This document shows positions 29,707 through 39,418 of a stretch of DNA of 59,775 nucleotides, piece by piece; position 1 is the first letter of the stretch, and each line of letters opens with the position of its first letter. The DNA lies in NCBI GenBank assembly GCA_002314915.1, contig DCHU01000041.1, positions 1-59,775 of the forward strand. The letters run 5' to 3'. The notes beneath the pieces were generated by a model, which saw only the letters and a program-made list of their open reading frames with translations, ran no database searches and was not told where the DNA came from. Origin of the DNA: Bacillales bacterium UBA1744. Its GTDB lineage: Bacteria; Bacillota_I; Bacilli_A; RFN20; CAG-826. A program made the translations under genes and the position numbers.

Positions 29707-30273
29707 ATGCATTATTATTTCAAAGGAAAAATCGTATATATCGGTGAGTCGACAATCGCAGTTGATGTCCGTGACGTGGCTTACGAATTATTCGTCTCAA
29801 AGCCAGAGTCTTTCGTGATGGGCGAGGAAACAATCGTCTACTGTTACGAAGTATATGGCGAAAATGACCATTATTTAGCCGGCTTTAAGACAAAAGAGGA
29901 TAAGGATGCATTCCTTGCCTTAATCGGTGTTAAGGGTATTGGTCCAAAGACCGCTTTAAGCGCATTGTCAACAACAACCCCACAGGAACTCTTCGCTGCA
30001 ATAGCAGGCAGCAACGTCTCATTCCTCAAAAAACTCCCAGGTATCGGACCTAAAGCTGCCTCGCAGATCATTCTTGATCTCAAAGGCAAACTCACCGAGA
30101 CCAACACAAAGAAAAATAAGGCTGATGAGAGATTCGCTGATGTCAGAAGCGCTCTCAAACAGCTTGGTTTCAAAGTCAAAGATATCGATGATGTCTTGGC
30201 CAAGATCGATGCAACAGGCATGAGCGATCAGGAAATCTTAAGAGCAGCCCTCAAAGCTCTCAGAAAGGGATAA
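29707..30273 (+). CDS. ruvA: Holliday junction helicase subunit RuvA
   Basis: OB-fold N-terminus and two HhH motifs (GVKGIGPKTA, LPGIGPKAA). Confidence 0.9.
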   Translation: MHYYFKGKIVYIGESTIAVDVRDVAYELFVSKPESFVMGEETIVYCYEVYGENDHYLAGFKTKEDKDAFLALIGVKGIGPKTALSALSTTTPQELFAAIAGSNVSFLKKLPGIGPKAASQIILDLKGKLTETNTKKNKADERFADVRSALKQLGFKVKDIDDVLAKIDATGMSDQEILRAALKALRKG

Positions 30274-30279
30274 TCTCCA

Positions 30280-31284
30280 ATGGCAAGATTAGTGGATGCC
30301 AAAAAAGAAGTGGAGGACGTTCAGGAGGATTTGACTCTTCGCCCACAAACTCTTAAAGAGTATGTTGGACAGAGCGAACTCAAACGTAACCTCAGAATCT
30401 TCATCGGCGCAGCAAAAAACAGAGAAGAATGCCTTGACCATGTCCTTTTATATGGTCCTCCAGGCTTAGGAAAGACAACTCTAGCCTATGTCATCGCGAA
30501 TGAGATGGGTGGAAAAATCAAAGTCGTAAACGGTCCATCAATTGAGAAAGCTGGCGATTTAGCCGCCATCTTAAGTGAGATTGAACCAGGCGATATACTT
30601 TTCATTGACGAAATTCATAGACTTCCTAGACAAGTTGAAGAAGTTCTTTATGGTGCTATGGAAGACTACCAGTTAACCATCATGATGAACCGTGACGGAA
30701 ACGTTAAATCAATAACTCTCCCATTGCCTCCATTCACCCTTGTTGGAGCTACAACTAGAGCAGGAGATCTATCTTCTCCATTGCGTGCCAGATTCGGAAT
30801 TTCTGAGAAAATCAACTTCTATACTGAGGATGAAATTGCAGGAATCATCGAAAGAACTTCCGCAGTAATGAAGATGCCGATCACAAAAGGTGCAGTGGAC
30901 CTCCTTGCCAAGAGAAGTCGTGGTACCCCACGTATAGCAAATAGACTCTTCAAACGAGTTAGAGACTTCGCTTCATTCGAAGGTTTGGACAAGATTGACG
31001 TTGAGCTAGCCGCTCACGCTTTAAAAGCTCTTAAGATTGACGATTTAGGATTGGATGATGTCGATATCCGTTACCTAAAGACAATCATCGAAAGATTCCG
31101 CGGTGGTCCAGTCGGATTAGAATCAATCGCCAGTGCAATCGGCGAAGAGATCACAAACCTCGAGGATGTTTATGAGCCATACCTGATTATGATAGGTCTC
31201 ATCGACAGAACTCCTAGGGGAAGAATGGCCACTCCAAAGGCTTATTCACACCTCAAAAAGCCATATCAAGACACTCTCTTTTAG
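30280..31284 (+). CDS. ruvB: Holliday junction helicase RuvB
   Basis: [12 protein letters not shown], Walker [10 protein letters not shown], Walker B IDEIHR, sensor GATTRAG. Confidence 0.95.
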   Translation: MARLVDAKKEVEDVQEDLTLRPQTLKEYVGQSELKRNLRIFIGAAKNREECLDHVLLYGPPGLGKTTLAYVIANEMGGKIKVVNGPSIEKAGDLAAILSEIEPGDILFIDEIHRLPRQVEEVLYGAMEDYQLTIMMNRDGNVKSITLPLPPFTLVGATTRAGDLSSPLRARFGISEKINFYTEDEIAGIIERTSAVMKMPITKGAVDLLAKRSRGTPRIANRLFKRVRDFASFEGLDKIDVELAAHALKALKIDDLGLDDVDIRYLKTIIERFRGGPVGLESIASAIGEEITNLEDVYEPYLIMIGLIDRTPRGRMATPKAYSHLKKPYQDTLF

Positions 31285-31309
31285 AGAAATTGAAAATACA
31301 TACTTGTAT

Positions 31310-31361
31310 AGGCGTGTTCGTATGCGTTAAAATCATTGACGCTTGCCAGCACGCCTTTTTT
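31310..31361 (+). terminator. Possible long-loop hairpin and T-run (terminator or attenuator) between ruvB and secDF
   Basis: AGGCGTG (31310-31316) pairs with CACGCCT (31350-31356). Inner GCGT/ACGC pairing, followed by TTTTTT. Confidence 0.3.
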
Positions 31362-31391
31362 CGTGCAGGGCAACTCGCGGAGGCTGATATT

Positions 31392-34148
31392 ATGCGTAGA
31401 AGACTAGCTTACATCTTATTGACCGCTGCCCTCATCGTAGGAGGAGCCGCAACAATCGGCTCTTGTATCACAGACCTTGATACAGATGTTACATACGGAG
31501 CGGGTAGAGATCTCTACTTTAAGGTTCTTAAGAAAGACAGCACAGATAGCAAATTAACAGGCGTCTCACCAGACGCTTACTATGGCAACGAGGACACAGG
31601 TGCAACAACCCAGATGCTCGACGCCGTAGCAGAAGAGTTCGAATATAGACTCGAAAACTGGGGCGCAAACGCCACAGTCACAAAACAGGGCACAGATACC
31701 CTCATCGTCTCAGTCAGAGGCACATCTGATGATGATACCGAATACAACTATTTGGCAAACTACTTGCCATTCAGCGGCGGCAACATCTCAATCGGTGTCG
31801 GAGCAGGCGATAAAGAAACAGAAGAAAATGCACCACATTATGACTGCTATGAAACGTTATTCGATGGATACGAAGCAGATATTCGTTACATCAACAACGG
31901 AACAATCCCGGTCGTCACAATCGAAGTCAGTGAAGAGTGCAAAGGCGAAAACGGCAAATTAGCCGAACTCATCAATTACTGCAAGGACAACACCCAGGCA
32001 GCAAACGAAGAGGAAAACGTCGAAGCAAAAGACTGCTACCTCGTTCTTTGGAACAACAAGCAGGAAGCTGACACATTCGCAGCTGCAACAGCAACAAGCG
32101 CAGAAGACTATGATGTCAACATGTCAAAGCGTTTGGTCTTCGGTGAAGCTCCAAACCAGGCATGGTACGACAACGACGACGATGACCACGATTACGAAAG
32201 ATTCCAGATCATCCCTAACTCAACAGCTATCAAAGACGATAAGTTCGATGAGTCTAAAGCAGGCGCAGCATATTTAGCAGCCGTCTACTACAAATCACTC
32301 CTCAACGCTTCAGATTATGGAAGCATCTTAGGAGAAGGACAGGGATGTGAAGTCTCATACGCATTCAACCACGTCATCACAGCATCTGTTGAAGAACTTG
32401 CAACAGCAGGTGATTGGCACATTTCTCCAGCCTTCAACTTAACAATGATCGCTACCCTCGTAACACTCGTTGCAGCAGTGGTCATCATCTCTCTCTTCTA
32501 TAGAATGGGCGCTCTCGCAGTTATCGCAAACGCATCATTCACAGTAATCGGAACACTCATGCTCTTCGGTTACTTCTCAGCACAGTTCGGTATCGGCGCA
32601 GTCGTCGGTCTCGCCCTTGCCTTAATCGCAAGCGCATTCGGCGGATGCTACTACTTCGCTAAGATGAAAGAGGAACTCTACAAAGGACGTACCATCAAGA
32701 AAGCACATAGCGAAGCTATCAAGAAGACATTATGGCCTACAATCGATGCTGGATTAATCTCCATCATCTCAGGCATCTGCATCTATGGTTTAATCCCTGG
32801 CGCATTCTCCAAGATGGGCTTAATGCTCGTCATCGGCGGATTCTTCGGATTAGTCGCAAACCTCATCTTACTCAGAATCGAGTCATGGTTACTCGCTAAC
32901 GACAAGAACACAGACGGCAAGATCGCTCAGTTCTATGGCGTAGACACAGCAAAGGTTCCTAACCTCGCAAACGGTGAGAAACAGACATTCTTCGGACCTC
33001 TTTATGAGAAGGATTTCTCAAAGGCAAAGAAGCCAATGGCAATCGTCGCGGCAGTCTTAGCGGTCGCATCAATCGCTGGCGTCTCAGTATTCTCAGCAAT
33101 CAACGGCAATGCATATAACTATGCAAACGCTTATGCAGACCAGACAGCAATCTCTCTTGAATACCGTGTCGAAAGCGGCACAAACGCAACATTGCTCTTA
33201 GCTACTAAGCAGCAGGTTAAAGACGATTTCTTCTCCTACATCATGAACGGAGAGAAGTCACTCAACGCATACGTCGATGACATCATCCTCGAACAGGGTT
33301 CAATCTACATGACAGATGACGAAACCCAGTATGACGTTTATTACTTCAATGTTACATTGAATAAGCACTTCGACATCGAAAATGAAGCAGTCTTCACAGT
33401 CAATGTCGGCGGTGATACAAACACATATTCACTCCAGGGCGCATTAAAGCAGGCAAACGACGAACTCTACAACACAAACACAATCTATGTTCAGGCACAG
33501 AACGTCGTCACAAGCGTTGGCACCCCATCACTTGGAACAGTATATGTGGCAGTTGCAGTCTCACTTGCAGCATTACTCGTCTACTTCGCATTGAGATTCA
33601 AACCATCTAGAGCAGTTGCTTCAACCCTCGTTGCAGCAGCATCAGGCGTCACAGTTGCAGGATTCTTCGCTCTTACAAGAATCGCTGTTAACCCAGTCGC
33701 TTCAATGGGTGTCTTAACAACAACAATCGTCGCATTCCTCTTATCCTTATTTATCTTTAATAAAGAGAAAGAGCTTGCAGCAGATTCACACGAGAAAGAC
33801 AAATCATCACGCGAGTTCGGCATCGCTTGCTTAAAGGAAGGCTCAAAACAGGCTTCAGGCGATATGCTCGTCATGTCTCTCTTAATCGCCTTCGTCGCAA
33901 TTCTCTATTACGGCCTTGGCCCATCAACATTCTCATCAGCATTCTTAGGAATGGCTGTTGGATTAGTCGTCTTAGTCGCATTCATCACAACACTCCTTGT
34001 TCCAGCATGTGAGTTATTCTCCAAGTGGTTCATGATTCTCAAGAACTCTCTTAAGAGAACAAAGAAAGAGACAAAGGCAAAAGAAAACATCGGCAGAAGA
34101 AAAGGAGCTGAGCCTGAAGAGGCTATCATCATTGGCATCAACGACTAA
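31392..34148 (+). CDS. secDF: Fused protein-export membrane protein SecDF
   Basis: ATG at 31392 after GGAGG (31379-31383). Two six-TM RND-like halves, each preceded by a large extracytoplasmic domain. The upstream extension to 31290 is implausible. Confidence 0.85.
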   Translation: MRRRLAYILLTAALIVGGAATIGSCITDLDTDVTYGAGRDLYFKVLKKDSTDSKLTGVSPDAYYGNEDTGATTQMLDAVAEEFEYRLENWGANATVTKQGTDTLIVSVRGTSDDDTEYNYLANYLPFSGGNISIGVGAGDKETEENAPHYDCYETLFDGYEADIRYINNGTIPVVTIEVSEECKGENGKLAELINYCKDNTQAANEEENVEAKDCYLVLWNNKQEADTFAAATATSAEDYDVNMSKRLVFGEAPNQAWYDNDDDDHDYERFQIIPNSTAIKDDKFDESKAGAAYLAAVYYKSLLNASDYGSILGEGQGCEVSYAFNHVITASVEELATAGDWHISPAFNLTMIATLVTLVAAVVIISLFYRMGALAVIANASFTVIGTLMLFGYFSAQFGIGAVVGLALALIASAFGGCYYFAKMKEELYKGRTIKKAHSEAIKKTLWPTIDAGLISIISGICIYGLIPGAFSKMGLMLVIGGFFGLVANLILLRIESWLLANDKNTDGKIAQFYGVDTAKVPNLANGEKQTFFGPLYEKDFSKAKKPMAIVAAVLAVASIAGVSVFSAINGNAYNYANAYADQTAISLEYRVESGTNATLLLATKQQVKDDFFSYIMNGEKSLNAYVDDIILEQGSIYMTDDETQYDVYYFNVTLNKHFDIENEAVFTVNVGGDTNTYSLQGALKQANDELYNTNTIYVQAQNVVTSVGTPSLGTVYVAVAVSLAALLVYFALRFKPSRAVASTLVAAASGVTVAGFFALTRIAVNPVASMGVLTTTIVAFLLSLFIFNKEKELAADSHEKDKSSREFGIACLKEGSKQASGDMLVMSLLIAFVAILYYGLGPSTFSSAFLGMAVGLVVLVAFITTLLVPACELFSKWFMILKNSLKRTKKETKAKENIGRRKGAEPEEAIIIGIND

Positions 34149-35698
34149 TGGCGATCTTAGAGGAACTCTTAAAATTCTACAATCTCGATATCGAGGAATA
34201 CGGGCGTCTTAAAGAGGCGCCCTCTTTTGATTTAATCCCGCGCATAGACGGCGCGGAATCGGTCAACAAGGCTATCGAGCGTTTGAACCTTGCAAAGCAA
34301 AACAAGGAAAAAATCCTCGTCTACGGCGATTACGACACGGATGGCGTTATGGCTACATCCATTCTCGTAAGAGCCCTCAGAGAACGCGGAATCATCGCAA
34401 ATGGCTATCTTCCATCGAGATATAAAGACGGGTATGGACTGAATGTGGCGAATGTCGAAAGAATCGCAGCATCCGGATACTCAATCATTTTCACATGCGA
34501 TAACGGAATATCCGCTTTCGAGGCCGTCGATAAGGCTAAAGAACTCGGAATGACCGTCATCGTCTTAGACCATCACACAATCGAGGAAGGAAAGCTTCCA
34601 AACGCCGATATCATCATCCATCCAGTTTTACTGGAGTATGGCGAGTATCCAATCAGCGCAGGCTTCCTCTCGTTCTTGTTCTCCATGCCATTTTTAGGCA
34701 AAAGAGACGATTATCTATTCACCCTTGGAACAATATCGCTCATCTCTGACATGATGCCTCTAAAGGGCCATAACAGAGTGGCCGTTAGACTCCTCACCAA
34801 ACACCTTGAGAACGTCAAATACAGCGAGATATACGCATTGACCAAGAAACCGGTGGTGGATACTAAAGTATTGCAGCTTGAAATCATCCCTAAGATCAAC
34901 GCGGTTGGTCGTATGGAGAAAGACCCTAAATCAATCAATAGACTCATCGCCTATTTCGCGGAGAACGATAAAGCCAAGAAAGAGGCAATCGCCATCTTCT
35001 TAGACAACATCAACGAACATAGAAAAGAGGAAACGAAAGCCGCTGCAGAGAGCTTCAATATCGAAGAAGGTACGCCGGCAATTGTCGTTAAAGCCGACAT
35101 TCCAGAAGGATTGAATGGCTTAATCGCTAATAGATTATTACAGGAACACGCGCTCCCGTGCGTTGTATTCTCGCCGGCTGATGCAAAACCTGGACTCTTA
35201 GTTGGTTCAGTAAGATCAAGAGCGGGATTCGACGTAATTGAGTGTCTGACCCACGTTAAGGTTGACTTAGTTGCATACGGCGGTCATAGCTTTGCTGGAG
35301 GCGTCACCATAAGAGAAGAGGACTTCGAGAAGTTCAAGAAGGAATTCTCATTCTTCGCAATCAAGCACAAACTTGAGAAGAAGAACGACGGTTTAATCGA
35401 GATATCTCTAGATGACTGCAACATGAATACTTACCATCTCATCGAATCTTTTGGTCCTTTTGGACAGGAATGGCCAGAGCCGAAATTCTTGCTTAAAAAC
35501 ATGTACACCAAAGGATTTACATACACAAAAGACGGCAGGTTCCTATCGTGTTTTGTCGGCAAAGACGTGAAGTTATTCAGCTTCTCAATCAGCGAAAACA
35601 CCTTCCCAGAAGACACTGTTACAGACCTCCAAATCACCTTTGCGGTTGACGAATTTAGAGGCAAGAAAACACTGTCATTATTCGCCGAGAGACAATAA
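34148..35698 (+). CDS. recJ: Single-stranded-DNA-specific exonuclease RecJ (short form)
   Basis: DHH-family motifs GDYDTDGV, CDNG, LDHH. DHHA1-like GGHSFAGG. ATG overlaps the secDF stop (TAATG). Confidence 0.88.
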   Translation: MAILEELLKFYNLDIEEYGRLKEAPSFDLIPRIDGAESVNKAIERLNLAKQNKEKILVYGDYDTDGVMATSILVRALRERGIIANGYLPSRYKDGYGLNVANVERIAASGYSIIFTCDNGISAFEAVDKAKELGMTVIVLDHHTIEEGKLPNADIIIHPVLLEYGEYPISAGFLSFLFSMPFLGKRDDYLFTLGTISLISDMMPLKGHNRVAVRLLTKHLENVKYSEIYALTKKPVVDTKVLQLEIIPKINAVGRMEKDPKSINRLIAYFAENDKAKKEAIAIFLDNINEHRKEETKAAAESFNIEEGTPAIVVKADIPEGLNGLIANRLLQEHALPCVVFSPADAKPGLLVGSVRSRAGFDVIECLTHVKVDLVAYGGHSFAGGVTIREEDFEKFKKEFSFFAIKHKLEKKNDGLIEISLDDCNMNTYHLIESFGPFGQEWPEPKFLLKNMYTKGFTYTKDGRFLSCFVGKDVKLFSFSISENTFPEDTVTDLQITFAVDEFRGKKTLSLFAERQ

Positions 35699-35717
35699 GA
35701 GAAAACGCTTACAAATG

Positions 35718-35741
35718 AAGGGACTTGTCCCTTCTTTTTGT
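35718..35741 (+). terminator. Rho-independent terminator after recJ
   Basis: GAAGGGA-CTTG-TCCCTTC followed by TTTTTG. Confidence 0.8.
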
Positions 35742-35832
35742 TGTCTTTACATGCGTAAATGCACATAATATACGCGTTATGTTCCACGACGAGATTATTC
35801 ACAACCAGATTCTTCCTAACGGCGGATATCCA

Positions 35833-38013
35833 ATGCATTCATTCGACGACTTAAAAGCGTTGTATTTTACCTATATTACAAATGACGCAGATCGCAACCT
35901 CATTCAGAAGGCTTACGACCTCGCCAATTTGAAGCATGGAGGCATCGTTAGAAAGTCCGGTGAGCCATATATCGTTCACCCGATCGAAGTCGCGTATATC
36001 GTCGCTTCATTAGGCGCAGGACCTGCAACAATCGCATCGGCCTTGCTCCATGACGTTGTAGAGGATACGGACGTCACAATCGAGCAAATCACCGAGATGT
36101 TCGGAGAGGAAGTATCAATCATCGTTGACGCTTTGACGAAGATTCAGAGAATGAAGCTCTCCCATAGAACGGATATCGACTTTGAAGCGGAAGACCATAA
36201 AAAGATATTCCTCGGCATGGCAAAAGACGTTCGAGTCATCATCGTCAAACTCGCTGATAGACTTCATAACTTAAGAACATTAGACGCGTTGAAGCCTGAA
36301 AGACAGATTGCCTTATCGCAAGAAACGTTAGATGTCTTCACGCCAATCGCCCATAGATTAGGTTTATATAAGATTCAGTCCGAAATGGAAGACTTATGCT
36401 TAAAGCATATCAACCCAGATGCATACGAAAGAATCCTCAAACTTCTTGATGAGAACACCGATAACCGTGCGGAATCACTCAAGAACTTAAAGAAGAGAAT
36501 CGCAGACATCCTCTATGAGAACAAGATTCCGTTCAGAATGGAATCACGTGTCAAATCGATTTATTCGATTTACCGCAAAATGTACCTCAAGGATTATGAA
36601 TTCGAGGACTTATATGACGTTCTCGCAATCCGTGTCATCACCGATACTGAATTAAGCTGCTATGAAATCCTTGGACTTGTTCACGCAACGTATAAACCAT
36701 TGCCAGGACGTTTCAAAGACTACATCGCTATGCCTAAGCCAAACATGTATCAGTCGCTCCATACCTCGATTATGTCAGGCGACGGAAACATCTATGAAGT
36801 TCAGATCAGAACCGAGAAGATGGATGAGGTCGCTGAATCGGGCATCGCTGCGCACTGGAGATATAAAGAAGGTGGCGGATATAACGCTAGAGAAGAGCAG
36901 AAGGACATCGAGAACAACTTGCATTGGTTCCGTGACTTCGTCTCAATGTCATCTAGAGAAGAAGCGGGAGAAGATGCTAGAGAATATATGTCTTCCCTCT
37001 CAAACGACATCTTCAACGCGAACGTATACGTATTCACGCCTAAAGGAAAGGTCATTGACCTCCCAACAGGTGCAACAATCCTTGACTTCGCCTATAGAGT
37101 CCACACGAAAGTTGGCGACTCGGCAGTGGGTGGCAAGGTCAACGGTCAATTCGTTCCATTAAACACAACCTTAAAGACCGGAGACGTCTGCGAAATCAAG
37201 ACTTCCAAGACATCTCCTGGACCAAATAACTCATGGCTTGAGATCGCAAAGACCTCGCAGGCCAAATCTCACATCAAGCGCGCTATCATGAAGAAGCAAG
37301 CTGAAATGATGAAAGAGGAGAACATAGTTCGTGGCAAGGAAATGCTCGCTGACGCCTTCAAGTCTCAGAGCAAAGGCGAAGGAGAGATGGCTCAACTTGT
37401 TGAGAACAACGATGAGCTCTTCAAGCAGTTCCACGCAAAAGACCTCGATGAATTCTATGCTTCCATCGGAAACAAGAGCATCCAGATCAACCACGTAATT
37501 GACTTCTTGGGCATCAGAGTCAAGAAATCAGCGCTCAAGATTAGCAAAGCTGTCATTAAAAATGACGACAAGTATCCTGTATATATTAAGGGTGCAACAA
37601 AGATCGCTATGACGTTAGCGAAATGCTGCAGACCTATCCCAGGCGACGAAATCGTCGGATATATCACCAAAGGCAAAGGCGTTGGCGTTCATAGAAAGAA
37701 CTGTCCAAACTGCGCCGACGCGGGCAATAGATTAATCGACGTCTATTGGAAGGAGAACCTCGGGGTAGCGGTTTACCCAGCCGATATCTCCATCTCCGCA
37801 CACGACCACGTTGGCTTACTCGCAGACGTGCTCGCATTGCTCTCATCGAAAAACGTTAACTGCCGTGACTTGAGAGCAAAAGTCGTACGCAACACAAAGA
37901 GCGTAATCGTAACGGCAAGTATCTACATCACCGACGCACGAACGTTGGAAGATGTATTCAGCGCACTGAAAGGCGTCAAAGGCGTCTATGAGGTGCATAG
38001 AATCATGCATTAA
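35833..38013 (+). CDS. relA: Bifunctional (p)ppGpp synthetase/hydrolase (RelA/SpoT homologue)
   Basis: HD hydrolase HPIEVA...HDVVEDT, synthetase domain YRSLH-like YQSLHTS, TGS and ACT domains. The start is uncertain between 35779 and 35833. The ORF-track start at 35725 lies inside the recJ terminator. Confidence 0.88.
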   Translation: MHSFDDLKALYFTYITNDADRNLIQKAYDLANLKHGGIVRKSGEPYIVHPIEVAYIVASLGAGPATIASALLHDVVEDTDVTIEQITEMFGEEVSIIVDALTKIQRMKLSHRTDIDFEAEDHKKIFLGMAKDVRVIIVKLADRLHNLRTLDALKPERQIALSQETLDVFTPIAHRLGLYKIQSEMEDLCLKHINPDAYERILKLLDENTDNRAESLKNLKKRIADILYENKIPFRMESRVKSIYSIYRKMYLKDYEFEDLYDVLAIRVITDTELSCYEILGLVHATYKPLPGRFKDYIAMPKPNMYQSLHTSIMSGDGNIYEVQIRTEKMDEVAESGIAAHWRYKEGGGYNAREEQKDIENNLHWFRDFVSMSSREEAGEDAREYMSSLSNDIFNANVYVFTPKGKVIDLPTGATILDFAYRVHTKVGDSAVGGKVNGQFVPLNTTLKTGDVCEIKTSKTSPGPNNSWLEIAKTSQAKSHIKRAIMKKQAEMMKEENIVRGKEMLADAFKSQSKGEGEMAQLVENNDELFKQFHAKDLDEFYASIGNKSIQINHVIDFLGIRVKKSALKISKAVIKNDDKYPVYIKGATKIAMTLAKCCRPIPGDEIVGYITKGKGVGVHRKNCPNCADAGNRLIDVYWKENLGVAVYPADISISAHDHVGLLADVLALLSSKNVNCRDLRAKVVRNTKSVIVTASIYITDARTLEDVFSALKGVKGVYEVHRIMH

Positions 38014-38030
38014 TGAAAGGAGAACAACAC

Positions 38031-39404
38031 ATGGATTACACACCAGTTAAAGGCACACACGACATTTTTGGAGCAGAAGCCAAACAGCATAACTATGTTT
38101 CTTTTGTTCTCAAATCTACAGCCGAATTATACGGATACAAGGGACTTGAGACACCAGTCCTTGAACATACCGAAGTATTCTCACGCGGCACAGGCGAAAG
38201 CTCAGATGTCGTCAGAAAGGAAATGTACACTTTCTTAGATAAGGGCAACCGCTCAGTCACAATGAGACCTGAGTTCACAGCGGGAATCGTAAGAAGCATC
38301 GTTTCCAACAAGTACTATGCAACAGAAGACCTCCCAATCAAGGTTTTCTACCACGGACCAGCGTTCCGCTATGAAAGACCTCAATTAGGCAGATATCGTC
38401 AGTTCCACCAGTTCGGAGTTGAAGAGATCGGCTTAGACTCAGCTAGAGCGGATGCCGAGATCATCATCATGGCAGTCCATATGATGCAAAATCTCGGATT
38501 CAATAAGGTTAATCTTAAGATTAATTCAATCGGAGACGATGAGACAAGAACAAATTATAGAGCGGCTTTAGTCGAATATTTCAGCAAGCACATCGACAAT
38601 ATGTGCCCTGACTGCAAAGAGAGACTTCAGCTCAACCCGCTTAGAATCCTCGACTGCAAAGTTCCAGCAGACCAGGAAATCGCAAAAGGCGCACCTAAGC
38701 TCAAGGATTACTTATCAGAGAACTCAGAGAAGAGATTCTATGACACTCTCTCAATCATCAATGACTTCGGCGTCGAATACGAAATCGATGACGGACTCGT
38801 AAGAGGCCTTGATTACTATTCAGAAGTCGTCTTTGAAATCCACGCGATCAGCGATGAGGGCAAAGACTACGGCGCATTGGGCGGTGGCGGTCACTACGGC
38901 GGCCTCGTCAAGGCTCTCGGCGGACCAGACCTCCCAGGTGTTGGCTTTGCCATGGGTATGGAACGTGTCGTCAATGTCATGAACGACAACCATTTATTAG
39001 ATGAAATCACCGACGGCGTTGACTTCTATGTCATGCCAGTTGGCGAAGATATGCTCGATGAGGCATTCAACCTCACGATGATGGTCAGAAGCTTCGGCTT
39101 CTCGGCAGAGACTCCTCTTGCAAACGGCAAGATGGGCTCAATGTTCAAGAAGGCCGTCAAGAGAAAGGCAAAGTTCGCGATTATCGTTGGCGGAAACGAA
39201 CTCGAAAGAGGAGTGGTCAACGTCAAGAACCTCGCCACCCAAGAGCAGATTGAAGTCCCTCTCCACAACATCGATAGAACCCTTGAGAATTTAATCAATC
39301 CTCAGGAGAACGAGTGCTGCTGCGGCGGAGACTGCAACTGCGAAAATGAAGAACACGATGAAGGTTGCTGCGGCGGACACTGCTGCTGCCATCATGAAGA
39401 ATAG
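38031..39404 (+). CDS. hisS: Histidine--tRNA ligase with an unusual Cys/His-rich C-terminal tail
   Basis: ATG at 38031 after the AAGGAG RBS. Class II motifs (GTHD, FRYERPQ, GGGRYD-like GGGGHYGG) and anticodon-binding domain. Tail CCCGGDCNCENEEHDEGCCGGHCCCHHEE. Confidence 0.93.
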   Translation: MDYTPVKGTHDIFGAEAKQHNYVSFVLKSTAELYGYKGLETPVLEHTEVFSRGTGESSDVVRKEMYTFLDKGNRSVTMRPEFTAGIVRSIVSNKYYATEDLPIKVFYHGPAFRYERPQLGRYRQFHQFGVEEIGLDSARADAEIIIMAVHMMQNLGFNKVNLKINSIGDDETRTNYRAALVEYFSKHIDNMCPDCKERLQLNPLRILDCKVPADQEIAKGAPKLKDYLSENSEKRFYDTLSIINDFGVEYEIDDGLVRGLDYYSEVVFEIHAISDEGKDYGALGGGGHYGGLVKALGGPDLPGVGFAMGMERVVNVMNDNHLLDEITDGVDFYVMPVGEDMLDEAFNLTMMVRSFGFSAETPLANGKMGSMFKKAVKRKAKFAIIVGGNELERGVVNVKNLATQEQIEVPLHNIDRTLENLINPQENECCCGGDCNCENEEHDEGCCGGHCCCHHEE

Positions 39405-39418
39405 GAGACTATTTAACT

